From: Oculina patagonica | Lineage: Eukaryota | NCBI RefSeq assembly: GCF_052425735.1 | Contig: NC_135771.1 | Coordinates: 24,924,116-24,988,000, forward strand | Length of the DNA stretch: 63,885 bases | Direction of reading: 5' to 3' | In this document: one piece after another, positions 24,901 to 37,663 of the stretch | How positions within the stretch are numbered: the first letter of the stretch is position 1 | Layout: the number at the start of each line of letters is the position of its first letter | Made by a program: the position numbers and the translations under genes | Notes under the pieces: model-generated | Told to the model about the DNA's origin: nothing | Databases searched by the model: none | What the model saw: the letters and a program-made list of their open reading frames with translations, nothing else

Positions 24901-27133
24901 ATACATTCGTGTACACCTGTAAAGGTAAAAGAAATTTGCAAGGGCTACTTTATTGCAATGAATTTGTCACTCATGGAATTCTTGGCTGTTTAATAATCTG
25001 CTCCTTTTTTGCATACTTCTAGGGTGCAAGGTTCATGGGGGCTAGGCCCCGAGGACCCTCTCCAGGGGGTGCAAGAGGTGCTATGTTTGGTCATGGACCC
25101 AGGCCCCTTCTGGGCAGGCCCCCAGGAGCAAGAGCCATGATGAGACATGCAGGTAAGTCCCTTGTGATGATTGTTTAGCTTACATGTACCTTATCAGTTT
25201 CTAAGTGAAACTGATTTTCCAGTACTGGGCAATTGTTTTAATTACAAAATATACAATTTAAAACTGATAATTATGTTTGTTCTGATTAGGACCCAGGGGC
25301 TTTGCTGGTATGGGTGTAGGAGGCCCACCAGGTGTGAGGCCCATGGCACCAAGGGGAGGAGCCATGCAGCCACGACCTTTAATGGACTTTGGAGAGCAGC
25401 TTGATGGGACAGCTTTCTATCCTGAGCAAGTGCAGGTATGGCCAGGACCCAGATGCTTTAATTGTAAGATTGCATGTAGTTCTGTTGCAGTTGCAAAAAG
25501 CACTAACACTGTAAAAATGGTAAAAATAAGCCTTTGTTGTAGGCTGGGGTATAATTACATGTATTGCTAGGAACCCTTCGTGGCTAGCTGCCATGTTTTA
25601 TTTTTTAGTAAGACGTATTTTAGCTACCAGACCTTGATTCTTACATGTATATACCCAGAGATTGGACTTTGTCAGTGATGTTGGAGGTTTTCACTTGTGG
25701 GAGAGAAAGCTCTTACTTACTTTTTTTATTTTTATTTTTTATCAGACTGGTCCAGTTGGTATTGACCTCTCTCAGCAGCCCATGAATGACACCATACCCA
25801 CCCTTATGGGTGAACCAATGATGGGAGGTGGCTTCGTGCCTGCTGCAGACCCAGGATTGTATGGTCAAACTACCGCTCAACCCATGGCACAACAGCAGCA
25901 GGAGGTGTTGGCACCTGCTCTTACTCAGCAGCAAGGAATGATCGTACAGTCTCAACAACAGGGACCCAGAACTGCAGTACCTCAATTGGTAGGTTGATGG
26001 TGACCCCTTCTCTCGATTGTCGCTCTTTTTATGGTCTTCTCGCTTGGTCTCCCCTCTTGATCAAAAGTACCTGAATCAGGGCTGCAAATTTTTTTTTTCT
26101 CTTGAAAGGACATATGTCCTACTAAGACACCATCTTGGTCGGACAGATTTTTAATCATTGTTGCCGTAAAATGATTTACGATCAAAAAAATGACCGGACA
26201 TCATGTCTGACCACACTTGGGATTTCATCGGACATGAGCAAATTTTGGTCGGCCAATGTCCGATGACCGACTGTTATTTGCAGCCCTGTGAAGATACCTT
26301 GATTTGTACAGGTTCAAAGTAGGTCTTTTATTCAAGACCCTTTCTCTGCACCTCTTTTTGTTTACTCTCCCCCCCCCACCTCCCCCCTCTTACTGTCTTA
26401 AATTTAAAACCCATTTACTGCTAACCCCTCTTTTTTTCATTGTTCTTTCCTTCTTGATCTGGGATCCAGCATGGTTTAACCATTAGGCCTCCATGCCTTC
26501 CACTCTATTATCATTTATACTAAAGTATACAGAGATGTCACTTAGGGCCGGCTGCTGGCTAATTTCACCGGCTGAAAATTTATAGAACTTAAATCCAGTT
26601 GGAATTTCACATGAAAACAAAGACTTAGGTGAACTTTTAGAGCTGCCAAGGCCAGAAAAGCTAGTTGGGCTTGTTATTGAGTCTACGGATACCATTATTT
26701 ATCAAACACTGCAGTAGTTAACATCTACCTGTAACAAAGGTGAAGGCCCTATTCTTCCAGAGGAGACTTAAGGATTCAGATGATGATATGTAACAAAGGT
26801 GTCTGTTTGTTTTGTCTAACAACAGATGCAAGTTCAGACTGCCCCTGGTGCACCCATTATGTCATATCCTGGGACCCAGGCACAAGTGGCTGTAATTCCA
26901 CAGGCACCCCAACAACAAGTCATGATACCAACACAGCAGATCCCTAACAGTCAGGTGATGTATGCCACACCCACTGCCATGCCGACACAAGCCGTAGTCC
27001 CCCAGGTGGTACAACCTGATCCAGCACCACTCATGGCGATGCCGGCTCCTGGTGTGACCCCTGGTGTTGCTGTAGCTGGGCAAACAGATTTTAATACAGC
27101 ACAGTATGGAATGCCTGGAATACAACAGATTGT

Positions 27134-27165
<32 letters not shown>

Positions 27166-30100
27166 AATGGGCGTTTACATTGGCGAGCCATTGTAAACAC
27201 CCATAAAGATCGAATGCAAATTTTTTATTCTGCTTGTGAAATGAAAACAATAAACTGAATGCAAAGTATTGTTATGCGATTTGGTAGAGATCTGTATCAA
27301 AAGTTAATCAATACTTATTAGCTGAGCAGGAGTTTGTATCAAAAGTTATTTTTTTATTGTGTGATTTGTACGTGTGATCTAAAAAATATATAATGTGCTG
27401 GGATTGGTTTGCACCGTCATGAATAGTTAATGAATTTTACAAGAAAATATATTGATCCAGTTAATTTAATTAATGATATTTTTCAATGTTTAATGTTGAA
27501 AAAACACTGCCATACTTTGCCATGTGAAAGGTAAATAAAAAGAAAAGAAAAAAATGAAGAAAAAACCTGTGTGATGGGAGAAATCAGGGAAAAACTTATA
27601 ATAATTCCCTTTCTGTGATTACTCACCATTCAATTCAAATAATATGTAAACACACACAATCAGCCAGTGTGTGTACCATTTATGAACAATGAAGAATCAT
27701 CTGTGTATTATTATGTGCACATTTAAAAATGAATGACCTTTAAAATGTATATGTGTCTACATGTATTACATGAATGTTGTGTGATCTGTGGCATTTTTTA
27801 CCGTAGGCTGACCCAGCTGGTAATACAGTAGTGAGCTCTGGGTACGTTGTACTCCCAGCAGACCCAACCCAACAAACTACATATTATGCACCACAGGATA
27901 TGCAGTCTCAATCTCTGGTAAAGTACCGTAGAATTCCGGTTATAAGCCCTGGGCTTATACAACTTCGTAAGGGTCTTTGTGTGGGCTTATAAGCGGAGGG
28001 GCTTATATTCGGGAGGGCTTATAAGCGGAAGGAAAAAAACGTTTCGAAACGAACCTCGGGAGTGTTGATCGAAATACGTTTTTAAGTTAAAAACGCACAA
28101 AAAAGCAACATTTAGCCCTGTTCAGTACTGTCATCCGGTAGAGGGGGGCTTATATTCGGGGGGGCTTATAACCGGATGCATTTTTTTGTTTCCAGGTTGA
28201 TGGGCCTATAACCGGGGGAGGGGCTTATAAGCGGGGGGGGCTTATAACCGGAATTTTACGGTATATTATTACTTCATGTAAAATATGCAAATAATGTCTG
28301 TTTAAAGTTATCACTCACTAATCTTGTTTGTTATATTCCAGCCCCAATATACAACAGCAGGTCAGGTGCCAGGACAGCAACCTGTTGTCCAGTTACCTGT
28401 TGGTGCAGTTCAACAAGGAGCTGTTATTCAAACCCAGGTGCCGTCCCAACCTGCTCCTGTACCCATGGTAACCCCTCAGACACCACAGTATCAGTGGTAT
28501 CAGCAGTTACCGTCAGCTGTTGGAAATGTGGCAGTCTCCACTCCGATCACTCAAAACACACATATGCAAGGTATTTCAGATTCCAGCTTTTGGCTTGTCT
28601 CATTGTAAAAAATGCATGCATGAACAGTATACTAGATAATTTCTTTTCTCTATATGTATTGTGGGTGGGAGGCGCGGTGGCTTAATGGTTAGCGCGCTCG
28701 ACTCTGAGTCGAACGGCCCGGGTTCGAGGCCTGGCCGGGGGGCTGCGTTGTGTTCTTTGGCAAGACACTTTACTCTCACAGTGCCTCTCTCCACCCAGGT
28801 GTACAAATGGGTACCGGCGAATTTTCTGGGGGGTAACCCTGTGATGGACTAGCATCCCATCCAGGGGGGAGTAGCAATACTCCTAGTCGCTTAATGCTAC
28901 GGAAACCGGGATAAGCTCCGGCTGTATGAGCCTCATGGCTCAGACACAGACTTTACTTTACTTTTTATATGTATTGTGGATCTACAATACTAGATTTTAA
29001 TATTATAATACTTGAGTATGGCTATGACATGCATGTGGGTGGTGCAGTGGCCTAATGGTTAGTATGCTGAACTCCAGTTGGAGTGGTCCGAGTTCCAGTC
29101 CTTAACAGGGCACTGTGTTGTGTTCCTGAGCAAGACACTTAACTCTCATAGTGCCTTTCTCCACCCAGGTGTATAGAGACACTGTAGTTACCCGCAAATT
29201 TTATGCTGGGAGGGGGTAACCCTGCAATGGATTAGCATCCCATCCAGGGAGGAGTAGAAATACTTTTAGTCCCTTAATACTACAGAAACTAGGATTAAGG
29301 CTCTTGCCTGATGGGCCGCTAGGCTCATATATGTAGACTTTACCTATACCATGGCTATGACATGCCCCGAATCAGGCCACTTAAAAGTGGCATTAAGCTG
29401 TACCTCATTGAATAAATTTGTTATGATATATAAATTTGTCCAGTTGTTGAAAATATTGTCTTGTCGCTCAGTGACATCTTTAGGAGGAACCCAATGGCCT
29501 CAGACTGAACAGCAACTGCCTGCTCAACCTTTAATGACTGTACCAACCAGTGGGGTGTATGGACAAATCCAGCAAACTCAACAATATCAGCCACAACAAG
29601 CAGTGGCACCTGGCGCAGAAACTGTAGTCTATTACCAACAGCCGCAGGTCTGATAATTATGATATGCACTCATTTACAAGTAGTTACAAGGAGGATAAGT
29701 TTAATTCTGTTGTGTATTCAATTATTGTGGTGTATCAATTTATTAAAAAAAGAAAAGTTAAAAAAAGGAAAGTTGTGACAAGATCCTTGCTGTGTGACCT
29801 CGCAATACTGGTGTGATGCTTTACCAACTGAGCTATGAAGCCACACATTGGGAGCCAGGTCTTTTATGGGTTCTACAATGTACCTTTTTCCATGAAGGAA
29901 TAGCTGAAAGAATAAATTCAAAAACATTTTGCACCGCAAAGCGAAACAAGCAATGTAGCAAAATGCAAAATGTCTGCTTACAAAAATTAATTTGTTTACA
30001 GTTTGTATAACTATAAATTTAGTTTTGAAACCTACCAATATTCTAAAGCAGACATTGAGAAAGATGTTGACGTCCATTTAAAAGAGTTTTTGTATTTGGG

Positions 30101-30870
30101 TGGTTCCATATTCTGAACTTTATTATGCCCAGTCATTGTTAATAAAATGTTTGACTGTAATTTATTGTTTGTTTTGTTTTTATCTGCTGCAACAGCAGCA
30201 GCCCCAGCAGCTTCAGCAACAGCCGCAGATGCAGATGCAGATGCAGATGCAGCAGCCAGGCATGTACCCTGGTATGATGGACTTGACAGTCGGCAGTCAG
30301 CAAGGTTACCCTGCAGTGGCTGTTCCCAGTAATGACCAGGCCACAGGGTACCCAAATGCCAGTGTCGCTCCACAGCATTCTGCTCCTCCAGTTGTGTACA
30401 ACAGTCAACAACCACAACAACTAGTAAGCTGCTTATAACTACAATTAATCAGAATTGTTTTACTTTTACTAAACAGTCATAAAATCAAGCTCAACAAAGA
30501 TTATCTACATTGGGGTCATTTTTAATACCACCAAGTGGTAAATATTGGCAGAGGATATTAATTTTTTGAAACAGCATCTTATTTTGACCAATAGTGTCAC
30601 AAAAAGAATCATTGGTGGATTCTGAAATAGTTAATATATTTTTATAGGCATGCAATTCGTGCAGAGGGCTAGTAACTGTAGCCCTTTGCTCACATTGTGG
30701 GCCTATGATGGTACCATAGTAATGGGTTTTGTTGTTGTGTGTCATTAAAGGTTGCACCAGGCGCTCATCAACAGCTTAGTCAAAAGAGGGCTGCAGAAGG
30801 AGATGCGGGACTCTATAGTCAGCAGGGACATCCCAGTTACTATGACAACAGCAAACGACTGCGTTATTGA
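21938..30870 (+). CDS. RAVER1: Ribonucleoprotein PTB-binding (RAVER1/2-like): 3 RRMs plus a long PRG/PQ low-complexity region, ~907 aa, 14 exons
   Basis: Exons 21938-22060, 22915-22978, 23118-23596, 24080-24268, 24568-24759, 25023-25152, 25290-25435, 25746-25988, 26826-27131, 27807-27917, 28342-28570, 29484(or 29472)-29647, 30196-30423, 30751-30870; phases consistent. Raver signatures FEKRRWILI, GESKGYGFVDY, LHSKTLFVDRLP, C-terminal KR...KRLRY NLS. Likely co-orthologous to RAVER1 and RAVER2. Confidence 0.88.
26077..26288. mobile_element. Non-autonomous DNA transposon with CAGGG...CCCTG ends (hAT5-like)
   Basis: TIR cagggctgcaaat / atttgcagccctg; flanks tgaat / tgaag (4 of 5 match). Confidence 0.75.
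27135..27441 (+). repeat. Dispersed ~300-bp repeat, copy 1
   Basis: agtagtagataaaatatgagcgggagatctg...catgaatagttaatgaattttac recurs at 33098-33433. Confidence 0.85.
27926..28261. mobile_element. Tc1/mariner-type MITE (TA TSD)
   Basis: TIR ta|ccgtagaattccggttataagccc ... gggcttataaccggaattttacgg|ta; internal gggcttata repeats. Confidence 0.88.
28665..28965 (+). mobile_element. Full-length tRNA-derived SINE with CORE-like centre
   Basis: A box tggcttaatgg, B box ggttcgaggcc, (cttta)n tail, and 14-bp TSD tatatgtattgtgg (28651-28664 / 28966-28979). Confidence 0.92.
29033..29350 (+). mobile_element. Second, more diverged copy of the same SINE
   Basis: Colinear with the 28665 copy; 15-bp TSD atggctatgacatgc (29018-29032 / 29351-29365). 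Confidence 0.9.
29794..29845 (-). mobile_element. tRNA-derived SINE head fragment (different family)
   Basis: Reverse strand reads gtggcttcatagctcagttggtaaagcatcacaccagtattgcgaggtca: A box present, truncated before the B box. Confidence 0.6.
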
Positions 30871-32105
30871 TGCTTGAGAAGAAGGTGGTGTAGTGTGGTG
30901 ATGTGCTTTAATTTTAGCGATTGATATGACATGTCAAAATACTGTTAAATATTTCATCTACATGTATTTACTGATAGGTCATGTAACTTAACCAAAGATC
31001 ATGAGAATATTTTATCACTGTTTTAACACAGTAATTCAAGGCTAAGATAGTATCATTTCGCCTGACTTATGAAATTTGTAACATTATTCTTCATCATCTG
31101 CAAGGCTTTTAAACCTTTTCCTCTAATTAAGTATTTAAGAGTTACATGCTATTTTTTATTATAAATGTATTAGTCATGTGTTGTGAGGGTTGACATGTAG
31201 TTAATATAGAAGAGTTACGAGTTTGAAATCTAAGTAGAAACATATGTTATAACACAAACCTCTGTTCAAAATTCATTACACATAGCAAAGCAAATCTTGA
31301 GGTTAAACATAACATGAGAAGTCATACATGTAGAAAAAAAGTAGAATTCATGTTTAGCATTGTGTAACCTTCTGTTGTACTATTATACACACTGTAGTAT
31401 GATGCATAAAAATTCCCATACAATTCAACATTGTTATAAAATTAATCATTATTATCAGTTGCACATCATAATCCATGAGATGCTTACATGAACAAAAATC
31501 TTCTCAATTCAGTTTTTGTGAATGTGATTGTCAGAACCTCTCTACTGAATGAGAACCCTGTCAGTGGCAGAAAGTTAGCCATGGTAGAAAGGTTTCAATT
31601 AGGGAAATGGTCAAAACTATTGCACTCAGACTGGACCCACCACTCTGCAAAAAGACTGGTGGTCTCTTCATGTACCCCCCTCCCCACCTTAAAAGATGGT
31701 GTCTTGTTTGTATAGCCCCCACTCTAACAGGAGTGGAAACTAAGAAAAAGATTCAAACATCCTTGTGCCATTTCTCCAGCAATGCAAGCTTCGTGCACAC
31801 GTAATATGAAAGTCTCAACTCAAATTTTAAGGCCAATACATTTTGTCCATTTGGCTTACCAGACAGGTGGTATCTTGCATAGGCCCCCAACCATTACACA
31901 AGGTGGGTCCTCATTGAGTACGCTTGTTATGACCAATTCCCTTAGAGTAAAGTGCATGTCCTGGTCATTGTAGAGAAAAGGCTTTTACTGGAAGGTTGGT
32001 TCATGCTTTTCACTGTTGAGTTATAGTGCACTTGGGAAGTTTGGATGACACTCAAATTTACTGATGTGATGCTTCACTGTTAAAATTAATTATAGGAACA
32101 TGTAA

Positions 32106-32235
32106 ATGTTGTGATTCAATTTTATTCTTGGTTCGAATTTTATTTCCCTTAGTTTTTGGGTGCGGTAATTTATGACAACGAGTTGAAAAACAAAAGAAAA
32201 TAGAATTTGCAAAGGATAAAATTGAACCGCAACAT
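32106..32235. mobile_element. Small palindromic MITE
   Basis: atgttgtgattcaattttattct / aggataaaattgaaccgcaacat inverted ends. Confidence 0.6.
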
Positions 32236-33096
32236 ACACATAACTTTTAAAAGTTAATTTAGAATAAAATGTGCTGTTTGTAACTGAAGTGTTGCATGTT
32301 TCATTGCATTAAAGAAGACAACTTTATATTGGTAGTTTTAAACATGTACAAATAAAAAAGTACTTTTGCATGTACAGTAAGCTGAAGCTGATTTTAGTTT
32401 TAGAGCTTTTTATAGTAGTTCTATTTAAAAAAGTACAAGCATGCAGATACTATTTGTGTGTTAGAACAGTACTTTGTATATTTTAGATCTAAGTAAAATA
32501 CAGTCTGACAAATTATGAATGGCAATTGTACGTTTTAAAGTTCAACTCTTTGTTGCATAAACCAACTTGGTTCTCCACTATAATTTGGGAAGATACATGA
32601 TTGTAATGATAGGTATCACTCTCCCCCCCCCCCCCCCCATCCCCTCCCACCCTCCCTACTAAAGTGTCTTTTAATCTGTTTTAGCAACTTTGTCTAAACA
32701 TGTTTTTGTTGTCTTAACTCACAAACACAATAAATTCTCACACTTAAATTTCATCAACCTCAAAATTGGCAGTGATACTACTAGTTTTGCCATGATCTTT
32801 CCAATTCTGACACCCATTTCATGTTACCAACATTCTATGGTTGACAGTGTCTGGGTTCCCAAAAATGTGCTCAACTACTTACACATTGCATTTCATGTAC
32901 CAGTACTTGATTACACCAGGATATAACATAGCTTATTACTAAAACCCTTTAACAATCATTATAATTTTATTTCCAAAAACGCTGTTGGGCATTGATGGCA
33001 GCCAAGGATTGGGGTAACTAGAGTGGCTTTAAAAACAATTTAATTACACTCAAAATAGATGAGATGGGTTTATCTGGTTCTATTGTGAAACTGCTT

Positions 33097-33097
<1 letters not shown>

Positions 33098-33134
<37 letters not shown>

Positions 33135-33433
33135 ATTTACAATAATTTAATGGCAAGCCGATAGGCGAGTCATTGTAAACGGCCATACAGATCGGACGCG
33201 AATATTTTATTCCACTTGTGAAATGAAAACAATAAATTGAATGCAAAGTATTGTTATGTGATTCGGTAGAGATCTGTATCAAAAGTTAGTGAATACAAAT
33301 TAGCTGAGCAGGAGTTTGTATCAAAAGTTAATTCTATTGTTTGATTTGTATTAGGGTTTACAGTTGTGTACATGTGATCTGAATACTGTGCTGGGATTGG
33401 TTTGCACCCTCATGAATAGTTAATGAATTTTAC
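33098..33433 (+). repeat. Dispersed ~300-bp repeat, copy 2
   Basis: Homologous to 27135-27441. Confidence 0.85.
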
Positions 33434-33682
33434 CATGATGTTTACAGTATCACATTACAGTAGAATGGCCTGTGCTTAAAGAGAGCATTTGAAAAGAAGA
33501 ATGTTGCAGTTATACTAGGTTATGTCACCAAGTCTCTCTTGAGTCCAATGCTTTTCCAAGGATTGTGTGACCAACCATATAAGGACTTATAGTAGTTCTA
33601 CCATCATTGCATGATGAGTCAAATGATAGTTGCGAGGAAGACTGGAATTTTCGCATGGTGTTATTACATATATTTTGCCTCA

Positions 33683-33832
33683 TGTGTAGTTCCATAAAAT
33701 ATCCATACCTCCCCCACGGAAGGGATTTTTTTAAAAGAACCCCCTGCCGCTCTGGAAATTCCAGTTAAATTTCATAAAGAAATTTCCAATCCCTTCTGTG
33801 GGGGGAGTATGGATATTTTCTGGAACTAGACA
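33683..33832. mobile_element. Palindromic MITE with TGT...ACA ends
   Basis: tgtgtagttccataaaatatccatac...cccccacggaaggga / tcccttctgtggggggagtatggatattttctggaactagaca. Confidence 0.75.
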
Positions 33833-34392
33833 ATTACCCAAACTTCTGGTAAACAAGTAAATACCAGATCTAGAAGTGAAAAGGGCATGTAAAATTTAGT
33901 CAATCTATTTTCTGACAGACAGGTCCACCTTTAGGAATTATTGAGAGAACTGTGACCACTGAAACACTACAGAGTCATTGCTAATTTTGTGCCCCAAAGT
34001 GGAAACATTAAATTGTATCTTAGGTCTAAAATACTACTCAAGCATATTTTGGTTATAAGAATCGAACAACCCAATGGTACATGAATGAAATGATCATCAT
34101 GATCGAAAGAAAAGCTGTTGCTTTGTGTACATGACTGGTATAAACACAAGGAGGACAATTGGGTCTTCTTAATTTGCTTTTTCCTTTAGCCATTTTTGGG
34201 ATATTTTATAAAACAGTTGCCATCATTGACATAGAACACTGATTCCATTATCCTTGTCAGTTCCCAAGTTCATTCCTTTAGATCTTATGAACCCATCTTT
34301 TCTTTTCTCCTTTAAAAGTGTTTTTTTTTTTTTCACTCTCTCTCTTTCCAAAATTAAGCCTTAAACTCTTGGACCTTGTGGGATCAGCATTG

Positions 34393-34479
34393 AGGGCCCG
34401 ATTACATGGCGAATTTCAGGCCGGTTTGCTAGGCTGGAATTTTGTTGCTATTACCTGGATAATAATATACATGAAAAAA

Positions 34480-34516
<37 letters not shown>

Positions 34517-35163
34517 GTGTGTAACACCAGTGCAAATTATACATTGATATTCTGGATTGTGATTAGCTGAAAGACGACAGGAAATTTTCTTAAGTAGCAC
34601 ATGGTCAATTGACAGCTGTCATGACAAGGTATCTGCTGACCAGTATCACATGACCATATCATGGGCTCAGGTGTACACCTCATCGAGGTCATGTGTTTTT
34701 TCAAGCTGACCGCTGACCAAGTTACTTTTTACTATTGTATCGCAGGCTCAAATTTTTTCAAGTTTATATTATTAATAAGTAATTATGGTTTTTCTCGTTT
34801 TAATTTGCACGAATGAGTTTTTCAAAAAGCTGAAATTGCGCTCGCCGAAGCGGCTCGTGCAATTTCAGCTTTTTCAAATTGAACTCAAAACCGTATGATC
34901 ACCTATACGAATTTCAGCCCAGGCTGAACACTGTAAAATTGAATAATTATCGTGGCCGCCATTTTCTTTCATTGAAAACCACCACTGTGCATCCCCAAGC
35001 TCACTTGTTTGCCCGGGCTGAGATTTCCAGCCCGGTTTTGAAATTTTCAGCCCGGGCTGTAATTCGGCCCGGAATGAAACTTTCTTCATGTATATAATCG
35101 CAGAAGTGTTTTTAAGAAGATTTGTTTTAGCCCGGGCTGAAATTCATCATGTAATCAGGCCCT
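34393..35163. mobile_element. PIF/Harbinger-like MITE with nested elements
   Basis: TIR agggcccgattacatg / catgtaatcaggccct and internal cagcccgggctga repeats. Interrupted at ~34460-34885 by an element ending in a strong hairpin (34823-34877). Confidence 0.7.
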
Positions 35164-36083
35164 TAATTTCCCTGTTTCCAATATTTTTCAAGTGAATCTG
35201 TAACTTGCAACTATACAAAGATATTTTCCACTTAAGTGTCCTGAGTTAACCAGAATTACATCAGACATGCAGGGGCTAAATGTATGTTACAGGTGGTATT
35301 ACCCGTTTAGAGGTACAAAAAATAACCTGAAATATTAAACTCACTCTTCTTAATTCCACAAGTGTTGTGAAAAGATGGAAGTTATTTTTCATAGCCCTGG
35401 AGTGATCAGTAGTGATAGTACTGCCATGTGCTTCTCCTCTAGCAGTGCTTTCTATCCAGAAGTCACTTAAAACTCCATTCCTTTACAAGTTTTGCATCTA
35501 CCGCGTAAAATGTTGCTTTATCTCAGCCAAGGCAAAGCGTTCTCCTCCTCTCTCTAGAGAGCGTGAATAGGTTGGCATGTCGTTGGCGTGACGCGTGTCA
35601 GTACTATTCGGTGACGTCACTAAATTTCGCGCCAAATCGGTAAGCGGAAGAGGAACGCCTGGGTACTAGGATGGCCTTATCCCATTCTTACGATTTTGGG
35701 GGGGGGGGGGTTCAAATTTTTACATCGGTGACGTCACTGGAACTTGAGGTTACGCGTAGAGGGTAAAAGGAGCATGCTCAGCTGACAGAGAAAATCTGTT
35801 CAGATTAATAGACTACTTCATTGGCGTCTAGAATTAGAATTGTTGCGTAAACACGGTTGCAAAGTGTTTTCTGAAAGAGAACTTGAGACCAGTCCCTTAT
35901 ACTGAATACGTAGGGCTATGGGGTGGGGTGGGGACTCCCCAAGGGTCACCTTCTGGTACATACATGGCGATTATACCTTTGGTTATTAGTTCAAGCTCAA
36001 ATCATGATCTCATTTTAAGCACATTAAATCTGCCTTGTATTCTGTTTATTAAATTTTGCGAAAATTCGGGAGCTGTATTTCGC

Positions 36084-36231
36084 TAGTCTGTTCCAGGCGT
36101 TCAGTTAGTTAGGGAGCCGAACGCGAAAAAAAAAAAACAGGATTAGCGCGAAGACCGGCGAGTGGGAAAAAAAATTCGCTCGCCGTTTTTCGCGCTGCCC
36201 GGCCCAACTTACCGAACGCCTGGAACAGGCT
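36084..36231. mobile_element. MITE with TAG-type ends and 8-9 bp TSD (Academ-like)
   Basis: tagtctgttccaggcgttc / gaacgcctggaacaggct; flanking tatttcgc duplicated. Confidence 0.7.
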
Positions 36232-37240
36232 TTATTTCGCAAGTTTTAATTTCGCTTTTTTAGGGTGAAAAGTTAACAAAAGTAAATGTCTTTGTTTTCG
36301 CGATCGTGCCATTGGTTAATGCCCCATTGAACTCTGACTAATATCACTGTTGAAAAGGGTCATACGTCAAAGTGAATATCTAATTGTGATTTCATTTGTT
36401 CCCTTGAAAATTACATGTTGTATTTTTTATTTCAGAAGCAAGGAATAGCAGAAATCAGTTCCACCAAAACTGGAAACACGCAAGTAATACCCTTACACCA
36501 GAAAACGGTATTTTTTTTCACTGTATTTTGAACTTATAAGGTTTTACTTGCTAGTCCAATGTGTTTTTAAATAAAGTGTCATTTGAACACGAAATGTGTG
36601 CTCATTTTTGTGTGGATATCGTTGAACTGGACCTCACACTGTGAAAACAGGCGCCCATTTATTTTTCCACGTTTTAGTGAACAAGCGAACTGTAGGGATA
36701 AAGGCGGGGTGCTGCGAATGAAGCCCGCCTGCTCTAACCCGAGATCATTTCTCTCTCCCTTTCGAAAAAAGGAAAAAGAACGCCTGATCGCAGATTACGC
36801 CTGTTCCCTTCCAATTCCCCCCGAGAAAACAAAATAAAAGTTCACAAAAAAGAGGAAGAAAAGATCCCCGTCTGACTCACTCTTATACTACCTTCCACCC
36901 CTGATAATCCCAGAACTTTCTTTCTTTCTTTGTTTATTTTTTTTTTCCACTGTCTTTTTTTTTTCTCGCTTCAAGATTTAGGAAATAGTAGCCTGCAGAA
37001 GAGGCGGTTTATTTTGCGAGTAGTGCGAAGCGCGAGGGCAGTAAACCGCCTGTTCTGCAGGTTAAGGAAAGAGAAAAAAAAACCATATCCAGGACAAAGG
37101 TAAATGATAAAAGGTTCACGTGCCGCAACAACACGTGTCGCTCTTGACCGGCAAGTAGTACCCCCCCCCCCCCCGGGAGTACTACATGGTATCACTCATC
37201 ATTGGTGTCCAAACTGTGAGTGTCGCCTACAACTAGTACT

Positions 37241-37663
37241 AGGCTACGTTTACACGGACACAGTTATCAATCGACACGGTTTCATTACCTTGAAACCGCA
37301 TCGAAAACGACACGGTTTCGAAGTGTTTACACGGAGCCTATATAACGATTTTCCGACTGTTTTCGAATGTGATTGTATAAGCAAGCGCTGCTCTCTATGC
37401 GTGTTTCACCATGTTTACCCTTCGCAAGCCAGCCAGTTCGTGCCATAATACATGGCCGTTTTCAAATCGATGCGGTTTCGCCGTTTTTGACCGTTTACAC
37501 GACAACGAAACCGTATCGTTTTGAAAACGCTGCACTTTTGACAGCGTTTTCAAAACGACCCGGTTACTGTAGTGGTCTCGATCGGTGCCGTGTAAACGAA
37601 AAGCTTAACCGCATCGCTTTCGATGCGGTTACAAATGAAACCGTTTCCGTGTCGGCAAACGTC
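37241..37663. mobile_element. PIF/Harbinger-like MITE
   Basis: Left end aggctacgtttacacgga, degenerate right end tccgtgtcggcaaacgtc, internal gtttacacg/gaaacc repeats. Confidence 0.6.

Noticed and set aside
28665-28740. tRNA gene
   Set aside because: It is the head of a SINE with body, tail and TSD.
33611-34105. C/D snoRNA candidates (ATGATGA boxes)
   Set aside because: No properly spaced CTGA D box or terminal stem.
35581-35740. Orphan promoter with two CRE (TGACGTCA) sites and an E2F site
   Set aside because: The first CRE and the E2F site lie inside a MITE-like palindrome (gcgttctcctc ... gaggaacgcctgggtactag), and no gene can be assigned to it.
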